Positions 8,853 to 19,692 of a stretch of DNA of 22,681 nucleotides are shown here, piece after piece. Positions within the stretch are counted from its first letter, which is position 1; each line of letters opens with the position of its first letter. Origin of the DNA: Tubiluchus corallicola (lineage: Eukaryota; Animalia; Priapulida). The position numbers and the translations under genes were made by a program. The DNA is taken from contig JAQGDQ010001877.1 in NCBI GenBank assembly GCA_030141605.1, positions 1 to 22,681 of the forward strand, written 5' to 3'. The notes below the pieces were generated by a model. That model saw only the letters and a program-made list of their open reading frames with translations. It ran no database searches and was not told the origin of the DNA.

Positions 8853-9967
8853 CAGGGGTGTGCAAATTATCTGACTAGCCAGGTCCACATTAAACTTTTC
8901 CCGCAATTCCTGTGGGCCACAGGCAGTTTGATCAAGGAGCCAAGTACAGAAAGGCCTAATAACGATTTTTTTTGCATCCGACCTGCGTACATCATTACTA
9001 CTACACTCAAGAAACTATTTTAGAAGTTATTAAAATTTATATTACAAACCATATATTTCAACTTTCAGGACAGATAGTGGTAATTTCAGTACAATGCATA
9101 TTAGTAATGTGTATCACACAGTCTGTGTAGTACAGTGACATTAAGCTACAACCGTCTTGTAAGGGTTAATGGCATCCGATCTAGTAGAAAAAACTACCCG
9201 CACTATCTTTGGGATCGTGGCACGGACTTCAGCTGGATACACTCAATTAATCGCCCGGGCTGCATTTCCATTAGGTTGACATATCACTTCGCGGGCCGCA
9301 CTTTCATTAGGTTGACAAATCTCTTCGCGGGCCGCATTTTCATTGGGTTGACATATCACTTCGTGGGCCGCATTTTCATTAGGTTGACATATCACTTCGC
9401 GGGCAGCATTTTCATTAGGTTGACATATCACTTCGCGGGCCGCATTTTCATTAGGTTGACATATCACTTCGCGGGCCGCATTTTCATTAGGTTGACATAT
9501 CACTTCGCGGGCCGCATTTTCATTAGGTTGACATATCACTTCGCGGGCCGCATTTTCATTAGGTTGACATATCACCTCGCGGGCCGCATTTTCATTAGGT
9601 TGACATATCACCTCGCGGGCCGCATTTTCATTAGGTTGACATATCACTTCGCGGGCCGCATTTTCATTAGGTTGACATATCACTTCGCGGGCCGCATTTT
9701 CATTAGGTTGACATATCACTTCGCGGGCCGCATTTTCATTAGGTTGACATATCACTTCGCGGGCCGCATTTTCATTAGGTTGACATATCACTTCGCGGGC
9801 CGCATTTTCATTAGGTTGACATATCACTTCGCGGGCCGCATTTTCATTAGGTTGACAAATCTCTTCGCGGCCCGCACTTTCATTAGGTTGACATATCACT
9901 TCGCGGGCCGCACAAATTCTCTCGGCGGGCCGCAAGTGGCCCGCGGGCCGCAATTTGCACACCCCTG
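8853..9967. mobile_element. hAT (Charlie-like) non-autonomous transposon with internal minisatellite
   Basis: Perfect 16-bp TIR caggggtgtgcaaatt and perfect 8-bp TSD gcttagta (8845-8852, 9968-9975). Confidence 0.93.
9262..9912. repeat. 36-bp minisatellite (~18 units) inside the hAT element
   Basis: Unit gcattttcattaggttgacatatcacttcgcgggcc; accounts for the spurious 309-aa and 239-aa ORFs. Confidence 0.95.
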
Positions 9968-10012
9968 GCTTAGTAGATGGATGGGTGACTTCTGTTTCCC
10001 AATATCTATAGC

Positions 10013-10051
10013 ATCCGGGCTAACGGGGTCCGGTTTAACGAGGGTCGACTG
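10013..10051. mobile_element. Solo terminal fragment of the same Tigger-like MITE family as 7066-7397 (inverted)
   Basis: atccgggctaacggggtccggtttaacgagggtcgactg plus TA is the reverse complement of the left end at 7066. Confidence 0.75.
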
Positions 10052-10076
10052 TATAGATCTTTAAACATTTACCAAC

Positions 10077-10275
10077 CTTCATCAATAGATGTCATCGGGC
10101 CAAGATAAGCCGCCATGGAGCCGTCGGCAAGCGCAACGGCGTGAAAGTCCGAGGGAAGCTCTTGAGCAATTTCAATCGCCACTGCCTTCGCGTTCAAATC
10201 ATCTGCAGCATCCAGTGTTGTATCCATGACAACGGGTTTCTCGTCACTATCCACTACATTACTTGGTATTTTTAC
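10077..10275 (-). CDS. ZNF143: ZNF143/ZNF76 exon: first activation repeat
   Basis: ttcttcctag|GTA...GAAG|gttggt, 199 nt, phase 0/1. Contains FHAVALADGSMAAYL (compare human LQAVTLADGSTAYI, from memory). Confidence 0.85.
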
Positions 10276-10399
10276 CTAGGAAGAAAAATGCTGTGAGTGA
10301 AATTGTAACACAGTCTAATTTGAACCACCAATAAAAACGTACTAAATAATACTTTATTTACACCAAAATAAAACAAAACGACATTTTTCAAGCTATTAA

Positions 10400-10857
10400 C
10401 CCTTTCAGTCCCAAATTATTTTTTTAATAAGAAAAATTTTTTTGGCTTGGTACTTTTGTTCAGTATGTCCATCTTGTTTACACATAATTATTTTTTTCAG
10501 CCTGTGCCCGCGTGCTAAATATAGCTTATATCCCACGGGATACATTGGGATTTAATGGAAGCATAAAATGTGCTTCATTTTGCATTTTGCTGATAATTTT
10601 TTAAAGTATTTAAGACATTTAGTATGCACGCTATGCTGATCTGTACAAAGTCGTCTCTAAAGTACTGTACCTTGCGCAGTTTTATATGTTATGTAGATTT
10701 TGTAGTTTGCCATTTTATCACCATTTTTAGTCTATTGTTATTGGCTTAAATCAAAATAACTATTAACAGATCAAATAACTGTCAGTTTTAAAATTTTATT
10801 AATTTTAAAGGCAGAAAATATTATCGTATCCCACAGGATACAACGGGTATGAAAGGG
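10400..10857. mobile_element. piggyBac-like MITE, copy 2
   Basis: TTAA|ccctttca...tgaaaggg|TTGA; internal repeated motif tatcccacrggatac; paralogous to 8027-8485. Confidence 0.85.
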
Positions 10858-10945
10858 TTGAATACAGCAATTTTCATCTGTCATGTATGTTTCAATCGTA
10901 GCAGTTGAACGATGGTAATTTTTGCTAAAACTTCAGTGCTTTGCA

Positions 10946-11010
10946 TATCATCATCATCACCATCATATCATCATCATACGCCCGTCACGTCTATTGTAGA
11001 CATTGGGCCG
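10946..11010 (-). mobile_element. Possible short 3' end of a LINE/SINE with a (TGA)n tail
   Basis: Reverse strand reads ggcccaatgtctacaatagacgtgacgggcgta followed by (tga)n. No TSD confirmed. Confidence 0.3.
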
Positions 11011-11287
11011 GCAGAATTCTAAAATAAAAGAAATCTGCCTTCAGACAGGTAAACGCAGCAGTAATCCAGCAAGAAAAACTAGACACTGCTATGCCAGTGG
11101 CTTGTCAGCACCACTTCCGTTTGCACATCAGTCATTTCACGAACATCATGATGCAAATTCATGTCAGTTTTGTGCCAAACATTCCATCCGATGTAGCAAA
11201 AAGTAACAAATGCAAAATTTCACGTGCAACAAATTTCTACCTCAAAACCAATCAGAAATCACTCAGATTTTAGTTTAGGAGTATCAC

Positions 11288-11419
11288 GTGGCAAAAAGAC
11301 CACTGGTCACTATACGTTGAGTGGCAAAAAGACCACTGGTCACTATACGTTGAGTGGCAAAAAGACCACTGGTCACTATACCTTGAGTGGCAAAAAGACC
11401 ACTGGTCACTATACCTTGA
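11288..11419. repeat. 33-bp tandem repeat (4 units)
   Basis: Unit gtggcaaaaagaccactggtcactatacgttga. Confidence 0.92.
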
Positions 11420-11521
11420 AAACTTTTGAAAGCATTTAAAAAACAAATTTGCATAAGACAAATTAACAAAAGAAATAAACAAAATTGAAGTGAATTTTAT
11501 CTAAATTTGCCATAGTCATAC

Positions 11522-11643
11522 CTCTTGATACACGTGATCAGATAAAGCGCTGACGGTGGCGCCACTGTGCGCTATTGATGGCAGTGGTATGCTGTCATCA
11601 ATGTCCACTTCACCATCTCCTGCTATTTCCACCTCCATGACCA
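11522..11643 (-). CDS. ZNF143: Probable ZNF143 N-terminal coding exon (missed by the ORF track)
   Basis: tttcccacaccag|TG GTC ATG GAG...CAA GAG|gtatga, 122 nt, open frame (VMEVEIAGDGEVDIDDSIPLPSIAHSGATVSALSDHVYQE). Ends in phase 0, matching the 10275 exon; ATG at 11638 is in good context. No homology recognised. Confidence 0.72.
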
Positions 11644-11761
11644 CTGGTGTGGGAAATTAAAAACCTAGAGTAGAACTCCACGACTGTTATGTGATCATTG
11701 CGGAAGAACTGAAAATGAAATGACTTATGAAAAGCCGACATTATTCCTCTTGTCCTTAAAC

Positions 11762-12250
11762 CAGGGATGAGAATGACAAATTGCAAAAAACTCTGAAACA
11801 GGCCGGGGGTTTGGAAGCCCCCATGGGGGTTCAAGGAGGCGAAGCAACAAATAGCAATTTTGTGACCATAGAGAACCTCTAAGTGGACTTAAAATATCAA
11901 TTACCTTGTTTCGTGCATAATTTAAAATACCCAACTATCAAGGATACATGATACCTAATTGTCTCAAAAATGCCTAAGTACTGGCTGCTCCTATGCAAAA
12001 GTATATAAAAACTGTCTGCAATTGACTCAAATAACTCCACACAATTGATTCTATATTTTTATACATAGTGGTTACACTGATGTACGTGATGTAAACAAAG
12101 TGACATCCTGCCACCTAGCGATCAGCTTGTGAAATAATGTACTGGGTCCGTAAAAATTTTCTCAACGAATTCACGCGATTTACAAAAATGGCACTACTGG
12201 TCTTCCAAAAACTCGGAATTCCGCCTATCCGCGGAAAATTCTCATCCCTG
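11762..12250. mobile_element. hAT MITE
   Basis: Perfect 13-bp TIR cagggatgagaat and perfect 8-bp TSD ccttaaac (11754-11761, 12251-12258). Confidence 0.92.
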
Positions 12251-12844
12251 CCTTAAACAGAGGCAAAGTTCCCTGGTTCGTGCCCATAATGCACAGCAAA
12301 TAAATACTGGTAAATTCCTACTTTCAATTTTTATTTCAAACCTTTCAAAGCGTTACAGGGCCATTTATCTTTGTTGACAAGTATATTTCTTGTTCTTTGT
12401 TGGAGCTAGCACTAAGCTGACAACTAGGACACTGATTACTGAAGTTTTGGTTGTTTTAAAAATAACACAAAGAGCTGAGACACTCAGCAACTAACAGGCA
12501 GTCACTAAATTAACTCTCTGGCTAGCTCACAGTAGTAGTAAGTCATTTATTTATCAACTTTTACACTAAATATAACAACATAATTTAGTATGAGGGTATT
12601 AGTGATATGACTGATATGACAATATATTTTACAAACTATATAAAAAAAGATTAAGCAGCTTATGACCAATAATAGACCTCCACAAAATGTGCCAGAATCT
12701 TAACCAGACGTCGAACACTAAACCTGAACTTTGGTGTACTTTTATAGGCTTCAACTTTTAACTGCTGTGAACAATGTAATGCACTAAGCTACGTTATTGG
12801 GCAAAACCCCAACATAAAATTTGATTTTTATGAAAAGTATCAAC

Positions 12845-12945
12845 TTCCTGGAATCATCCATGGCTGAGAAAACACATGTTCCTGGAATCATCCACGGCTG
12901 AGAAAACACGTGTTCCTGGAATCATCCACGGCTGAGAAAACATGT
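12845..12945. repeat. 34-bp tandem repeat (~3 units)
   Basis: Unit ttcctggaatcatccayggctgagaaaacacrtg. Confidence 0.88.
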
Positions 12946-12972
12946 GTCACCTGCTGGTTATGTGAAGATTAT

Positions 12973-13206
12973 AGAAGTACCGCACCGCTTTCCTTTGGAC
13001 TACACCAGGGAGGAAGAGAGGGGGTTCCTGTTGTCTGGGGAACTCAGGCTCTGCATACACCTTGCCCAGGCGTGCGCCCTGGAGACGTTCAAGGATCGCA
13101 CTGCTCAGCCACAGTCGACGCTGCAGCTCCATTAATGTGATCAATAACTGACTCTCTTGGCGCACACTCCATTGTCTTCCGAGACAGAAGGATGCCAACC
13201 AACCAA
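12973..13206 (+). mobile_element. Short non-autonomous retroposon with an RTE-derived 3' end (second family)
   Basis: Perfect 14-bp TSD tatgtgaagattat (12959-12972, 13207-13220) and (CCAA)n tail. 13089-13136 translates SRIALLSHSRRCSSIN, resembling the RTE ORF2 C-terminal SRIGLxSHxRxC motif, followed by ctccattgtcttccgagacagaaggatgcc. Confidence 0.82.
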
Positions 13207-13460
13207 TATGTGAAGATTATGACAGCATGCTGAATTTTTATTCCTGCACTGCGCATAGTAATATTAACACAGGATTAGTGCAGCTCTTTCAAATTGTGAA
13301 AGGATCAAATCCGCACAGATTGACCCAAAAAATAACCTTTGGATGACCTTTACCTATACCCGGCCTTAAAAATTGGAAAACTTATGCAACTCAAATTGCT
13401 TTCTTGTGAAATTTTGCCCACATAACTTATTGTTTGGGTACCAGAAAATTTACTGCTTAA

Positions 13461-13913
13461 CTCCTTTAGGACCGTAAGCATTTGCTTACTCCCCACACAA
13501 TGGTGTATACATACAAGGTGAATTTGGTTACCGTAGACAAATTAAAAACAACTTTTGACTAAAAAATTGTAATAGTATCACTTGTGAAATTAAAAATTTC
13601 AACTCTTTAGACACAACTCTGCACAGCAGATGGTTCTCTCAGGTTGCAGCAAGCAGGGGATCAATAAAATAGTATGGACGATCGCGCACGTGTACACCAG
13701 ACTAAGCTACTCAATTTTTTCAAAAGTTTTTCTTAATTTTATCCAATTAAAAAACTCATAAATGTTTAAACAGACAGCTCGATTGAATAGCCCAGATTCT
13801 CATGAACAGAACAGTACCTAATTTGTAATAATTTAGCTATGTCTGTGCTCATACAGTAACAGAAAGTCATATGTCTTACAAGACCTATTTTGAATGATGT
13901 GGTACTGAAAGAG
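13461..13913. mobile_element. Possible older piggyBac-like MITE
   Basis: TTAA on both sides; imperfect TIR ctcctttaggacc versus ctctttcagtacc (10/13). Confidence 0.5.
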
Positions 13914-14615
13914 TTAACCAACCAACCAACTAAATCTCAAAAATTATAGTCATCATGAAAAAGAAAACTTTAAAAACCAAAAAGTGTAAATCTGTTAAAC
14001 AAATTCTGGATTTATCAACCAAGCCAAACATAATAGTGTATTGGTTAGGTGAGCTGCCACATGAATTATTATGATAGTTTAAGCCTCGGTATGATACCTC
14101 TGAACAAAGCAGTGCACTCAAAACTTGGCAATGTAGCTTACAGATGTACAGGCTGAACCAGTAGATCCACAGAGTACAGGGTAACTATAAATTAATTAAT
14201 TTCCAAAAGACAAGTTAGTATTTTAATTTGGTGAAAGCTGTTTCTAACTACCGTACCAAACATATAGATATAAATATTTTTACCTGTTGAGAAATTGCAT
14301 AAAATTTTATTACTATCAATACTATCACAAATACTTATTTGCAGGTTTGTTGAACATTACTATTACTAGTATTATTAATAAGTAATAGTAATAGTATTAA
14401 AGTATTATCAATTATGCTGGGCCCACTAGACCAGCAGCGAATCGTCAGCAGCCATGTCTGAGGCATTTTTGATTTGAAGCGACTTCGTACCAAAGACCAA
14501 TTAAATGCATTTTGAGCGAAAACACCAAATGTATTAAACAGTGATTTAATCAAAAACTGTAAAGTGTAAAGGCACGTGAAAAATCAAAAGCGAATTTAGC
14601 AGACAAAATCACTTA

Positions 14616-14720
14616 CACAATGCACACTGGGACATTCCTGTCCACAATTCCTGTAAACCAAAATGGCGAGCAATAAAGATTTTGGGAATTTGTTAGTGAA
14701 CGACGCACCGCTTGTAAACA
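14616..14720 (-). promoter_or_regulatory. Putative ZNF143 core promoter/TSS region with YY1-like and Staf-binding-site-like motifs
   Basis: CGCCATTTTG (14668-14659); GTCCCAGTGTGCATTGTG (14633-14616); ACTAACAAATTCCCAAAATC (14697-14678); a few local CpGs. Confidence 0.5.
14617..14635 (-). CDS. ZNF143: Candidate first exon of ZNF143 (possible coding part MSQCAL; may be 5'UTR only)
   Basis: Strong donor gtaagt at 14616-14611. ATG at 14635 gives phase 1, in frame with the 11643 exon. Lies next to promoter-like motifs. Confidence 0.45.
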
Positions 14721-14728
14721 TCACTGAC

Positions 14729-15082
14729 AAGAGAGGAAGATAACTTATGCGGATATGCAGTTGCGCATACCGCATTCCTCCGTGTTTGCAGATGCAAACA
14801 CGGATGGATAGTTAATTTGTTGCGGAATACGGATTGGGGTGGCTATGCCACTTTTGCGGATTTTACTCAAAGATGAGGCACATACGCAAGTCCTGCCAAA
14901 AATTTTTTCTAATTTCAAATACAATTTTTAGAATGACAAAATCGTGGCTAATTTAGATAATAACAATAATTCAATTATTTGGTGTGCTTTCTACAGTAAC
15001 GAAATATATAATTGCTGATTTTCAAAATCTCATGTGTGGTTTTGCGGATGCGGATAGATTAGAAAGTTTTACCCACTCTCTG
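14729..15082. mobile_element. Degraded hAT-like MITE
   Basis: Imperfect TIRs (agagag.../...ctctctg), 7/8 TSD tcactgac/tcattgac, subterminal gcggat repeats at both ends. Confidence 0.5.
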
Positions 15083-15153
15083 TCATTGACTAATGCTTAT
15101 AACCACAGACACATGCTCTCAACTCGCGACGAAATGGGCGAGCCACAAATAAT

Positions 15154-16860
15154 TAGGGATGAGCATTCTCTACCAGACAGCAAATTCGAATCGAATGAAA
15201 TTTATGACTTTGATCAGTATTTTGAATTCGAATTAATATAGGAAGATTTTCGAATAAGTGTTCGACCACTTGTAAAATTGGTCTTACAAAGGTCATGCGT
15301 TTTATTCGCTTTTGTTCTGCAGTAAACTACTAATAATTTATTTAAAATTGTCTATAGAAATCACAGCTAAATTATGCTAAATGCATGATGTTTCAATCAT
15401 TTAACTGATAAAGAACGTATGTGATTGAATTACTCGGAATCTATAGTTTTAGGTTAAGTCATTTTATTATAAGTTAAGACATTTTATTAATTTTTCTATT
15501 TTGAAAATGGTCTACCATGCATTAGTCTATCCGTACCTCCAATACTGTGTGTTGTCATGGTGGCAAACAAAAAATACTTATTACAACCACTATTAACAGT
15601 TCAGAATAAAGTAGTTAAATATATGACCTTCACCAATTACAGAGACCATGCAACACCATAGTGCATACACCTTAGTTTATTGAAAATAGAAGATATTTAT
15701 AATCATGAATTATTTAAATTCATGTATATGTATAATAACTGGCAGTTGCCTGAATTATATACTAACTACTTTACCTTAATCAAAGATGTTCACTCTCACT
15801 ATACTAGGTCTTCCAGTATGGGACATTATTTTCAAACACGATTTAACACAGCGTATGGCTTAAATACCTTACAAATGGATTACAGTACAATGGAGTTATT
15901 TTGTGGAATAGCGTGTCCAAGGCAATCATTTTTAATTTGTAAATATTCAATGGCATAGAATACCAGAAGTTTTTTCCCTTTTTTGAGCACGTGTGTCTTT
16001 TTGCACTAATGCTTTTCTTTTACTAATAGGTATCTTTACAACTTTTGTTACTTTATTAATAAAATGTATAAATCAATTAAAATGAAATTATTCATTCATC
16101 GCAGCCTGTATCTATATCTGTTTCCACTTGGAAAATGCTCTTAGCTTATAACCAGCAAATACCAGTGATACAAAAATTTTTTGAATGTATTATTGTAGCA
16201 TTAATTTTGTTAATGAATCACATATTCTTATAATTTGCCCCCTCCCTCCTCATAGCCATCTTTAATGATGGCGACATTACTACCATCAATTATATTTAAA
16301 TGTTCTATACAATTATAGTTATTACTACAAGTATAATGTATAATTTAATCTCTTCTCCCCACTTAAATTTGGATATATATATATATATCTTTGGATATAC
16401 AAGTAAGCAATATGGCGCATTGTAATACAAGTACATGGTACATTGACAGATAATCACATAATTCATATTCGATTCGTAGCTATGTAAAAAAACTTTCTCA
16501 CTCTTTAAGGCTCACTCAAAATCGTAATTACATATTATGTTTTCCTTTCTCAACTTTCAGGTTTATTGCTCTTATACCATTGCTATTATTACATCATTTA
16601 CTTCATCCTTATTTACATTCAGTTATCTACAGCAGCATGCATAACTATAATCATTTTCTCATTTAAGTAAGGTGAGTGTGTTAATGTCCGTATTGTCGTA
16701 CACTCACCTCGCACTACTCAAATTATTTTATTTAAAGTTTATTAATGTGTTTGATATCGTATAATTGTTGTGTGAAATAAAATTCATAGTTTTCGGTTCG
16801 AATAGAATAGGAATTAAAAAACCGTAACGTTCGAACACGAACGATGGACGCTCACACTTA
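15154..16860. mobile_element. Degraded hAT-like non-autonomous element (~1.7 kb)
   Basis: TIR tagggatgagc versus taagtgtgagc (8/11), 7/8 TSD caaataat/ctaataat, clusters of ttcgaa/tcgaat at both subtermini. Confidence 0.5.
15465..15960 (+). mobile_element. Decayed CR1/L2-group (Crack/Daphne-like) LINE ORF2 C-terminal fragment
   Basis: Across frameshifts and a stop: YKLRHFINFSILKMVYHALVYPYLQYCVLSW / LQPLLTVQNKVVKYMTFTNYRDHATP*..LLKIEDIYNHELFKFMY..LPELYTNYF..VHSHYTRSS. Confidence 0.78.
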
Positions 16861-17614
16861 CTAATAATTATTGTTCTTGGACAGTTTCCTTTTCATCTAT
16901 CAAACAGTTCAGTGGATACTGCCTTCTGTAGACCATACTTATACAAAATTTATTGCCGCAGTCTTGTGTTATTGTATTTTTGTTGTTTTGTTTCACAAAC
17001 AATTAACAATACAATTAGAAAATTGGAATGTTTCTACTGTACAGCAGTAGCACTCTGTTTCTTGATGATGACTGGCAGTGTGATGTAGAATCACTGGAGT
17101 TTTTTAATAAAAAGTTTATAAAATTTATTGTATATTGCTTGTTTATGAGACGGATGTTGTTCTTATTACAAAGAATTTTTCAAGTGAGCACAGTAGTAGA
17201 AATGCCAGCCATGAATATCATCAAAAATAATAACATTAAAATTGTGGAAAGAAACGTGAATCATGTAACAATAGAAACTGCTACTATAACCAAGTGTCGT
17301 GCCGAATGTGACGATTAAACCTGGTGACAACTAACGGTCAGTCATATACCTATTACAAATAATTGTCAAAGTAATATGGTAGTGAAAAATCAAAAAGAAA
17401 ACTCTAGCAACTGTTTTAGTTCAAATACTTTAATCTTTAGAAAATAATTTTTACAAAAAATTTAAGAATTACAAATATATGTCACATAAAATAGATCTCC
17501 AGATGCACAATTTAGTACAAAAAGAAATTTCCCACGTGGCATTTGCTAATCATCAAAAATTATGCTTTGTTAAAATGGTACAAATTCTAAATGATGGACA
17601 GTACAAAAAAACTT

Positions 17615-17712
17615 ATAATTTATGTAGCCTACATATATAGGGTTCCACTTGTATAGTAAACACATAATTTATGTAGCCTACATATATAGGGTTCCACATG
17701 TATAGTAAACAC
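17615..17712. repeat. 49-bp tandem duplication (2 units)
   Basis: ataatttatgtagcctacatatatagggttccacwtgtatagtaaacac occurs twice. Confidence 0.88.
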
Positions 17713-18333
17713 ATTCTACATGCAGCAGCAGCATTGCAACTGAAAATTTTCTTTTATCGCAACAATTACAACTTAACACAGCATGCAAACTCAAACAGCA
17801 TTATAATAAGTGAGTGTACCCCCACTGCATGCAATAAAATAATAAATTAATAATTATGATGTTGAAAGTAAGAACAGTAATTGTAAAATCACAACCAAAC
17901 GACTGCAAAGCTGCAGAAACTGATACCAGACATATGTACGGCAAACAGAATATTAGTCTGTGAATCACAGTAAACAAAACACAAACAGTATAAATTGAGA
18001 AAAATACAGGCACAGCACATAAAATTTCAATATTTACAATAACCGGTTAATACTTTAGATACAAACTGAATCTGAATAGATAATTACTAAACTTCTAGGC
18101 ACCATAACTATTATAGAAAAAGTCTGACTATGTACCAAATACAAGTTATGTGTCACTATTGCTTGGACACCATCCATGATTTAAACACAAACAAAGTCTG
18201 CTAACTTAAACTATTATAAGAAGTAGTGTTTATGTACAAAATTTGTGGGCAAGAATACTACTTCTTCTGTTGCTAACTTACGCGTATTCAAACTCTTTGA
18301 TATTTCACAAAACCTTGCGTGTGAGAAACTTGC

Positions 18334-19479
18334 CATATTGGATAACTAGAATGTACACTGCTGAATGATTAAACTGGACAAGGTGACATAAATGTTGCTG
18401 TTAAAGTCAAACTAAACCAGGGGTGTGCAAATTATCTGACTAGCGGGGCCACATTAAACATTCCCGCAATTCCTGTGGCAAATTTACATTAAAAACCAAA
18501 TATTTCATCATGTCCGACAGCGACATTAAGTGACAACGGTCTTGTAAGGGTTAATGCCATCCGATCTAGAGGAAAAAACTACCCACACTATTTTTGCGAT
18601 ATTGGTGCAGACTTCAGCTGGATTGCATGGGCTGCACTTTCATTACGTTGACAAACCTCTTCGCGGGCCACACAAGATCTTTCGGCACACCCCTGAACTA
18701 AAACATGACTATAATATAAGCTTTTCACAAGTTTAACTCCTACTGTCATTATGAATATTCAATTTATTTTATTATAAACTTACTGTAAAACTTGTTTCTT
18801 AAGATTTTTTACCTCTTCATTGTTACCAGTATTAAATTTGAAGAACCGCCATTTTCCTTGTGCGAGACAAATGACGTTATGAGTATGGTCACGAGGAAAC
18901 CATAGATCGGTAATAGAACATCGATAACCAAAGACGCTTTCTGTACCTCGCTCGCTCACTTGTGCCAAAGATGCGAAAATGGCTTTCAAAATATGTCAGA
19001 AAAAGGCAAGTTATTTAATTTTCAAGTTTCTTTTGTTTAATAATAACTATGAATTCTTTGTGTAATCACAATATAATACATTAAAAAACTTCAATATCTT
19101 TGAATTTTTTGAGAAATTTATTTTTATAAACCATTTTTCTCATAGTTTTTCTCATATTGGATAACTAGAATGCACGCTGCAGAATGATTAAACTGGACAA
19201 GGTGATATGAATCTTGCTGTTAAAGTCAAACTAAACCATCACTATAATATAAACTCCTACTGTCATTATCTATGGTTTCCTCGTGACCATACTCATACCT
19301 CATTAGTCTCACACAACGAAAATGGCAGTTCTTCAAATTTAATACTGGTGACAATGAAGAGATAAAAATCTCAAGAAACAAGTTTTAAAGTAAGTTTATT
19401 AAAAACTTCAATATCTGTTGGAGTTCTATAGGCCTTTGAATTTTTTGATAAATTTATTTTTATAAATCATTTTTCTCAT
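18334..19479. repeat. Diverged local duplication with internal inversion
   Basis: 18334-18752 (minus the hAT insert) ~ 19154-19269; 18774-18907 is the reverse complement of 19268-19399; 19082-19143 ~ 19400-19479. Confidence 0.85.
18418..18695. mobile_element. hAT (Charlie-like) MITE, deleted relative of 8853-9967
   Basis: caggggtgtgc.../...gcacacccctg; TSD aactaaac/aactaaaa; internal blocks shared with 8853-9967; empty site present in the paralogous segment at ~19230. Confidence 0.92.
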
Positions 19480-19618
19480 TTTGTACCCAATGGCAGTGTT
19501 TGGGTAACTGGTCAATAAAACACGTTTGCACGGCACTTAAACCACGTACTAGTGCTCAACTCTGACAGTTCAACATCATCGAGTGAATGACCACACATTA
19601 CTACTTCTACGATAGCAA

Positions 19619-19692
19619 AACCTAGCCACTGGGGGGGGGAAGCCAGCCCAACTCAGTGCCGGTCAGAAGCCCGGATAAATAGGGAGGGTTAG
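19619..19692 (+). ncRNA. Degenerate twister ribozyme remnant
   Basis: Same fold as 514-587, but the loop is TCAGAAGC instead of TCCCAAGC, which breaks the pseudoknot with GAGGG. Confidence 0.65.

Noticed and set aside
9135-10064. 309-aa (+) and 239-aa (-) ORFs with 12-aa repeats
   Set aside because: They result from a stop-free 36-bp minisatellite inside a TIR/TSD-bounded MITE within an intron.
11545-11590. CTCF-like GGTGGCGC / GATGGCAG motifs
   Set aside because: Better explained as coding sequence of the phase-consistent exon 11522-11643.
12910-13198. Three overlapping short ORFs suggesting a small gene or exon
   Set aside because: They coincide with a TSD-flanked retroposon insertion.
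14275-14315. ttctcaacag|gtaaaa, a possible extra exon boundary on the minus strand
   Set aside because: No partner splice site or open frame could be assigned, and the gene model is phase-consistent without it.
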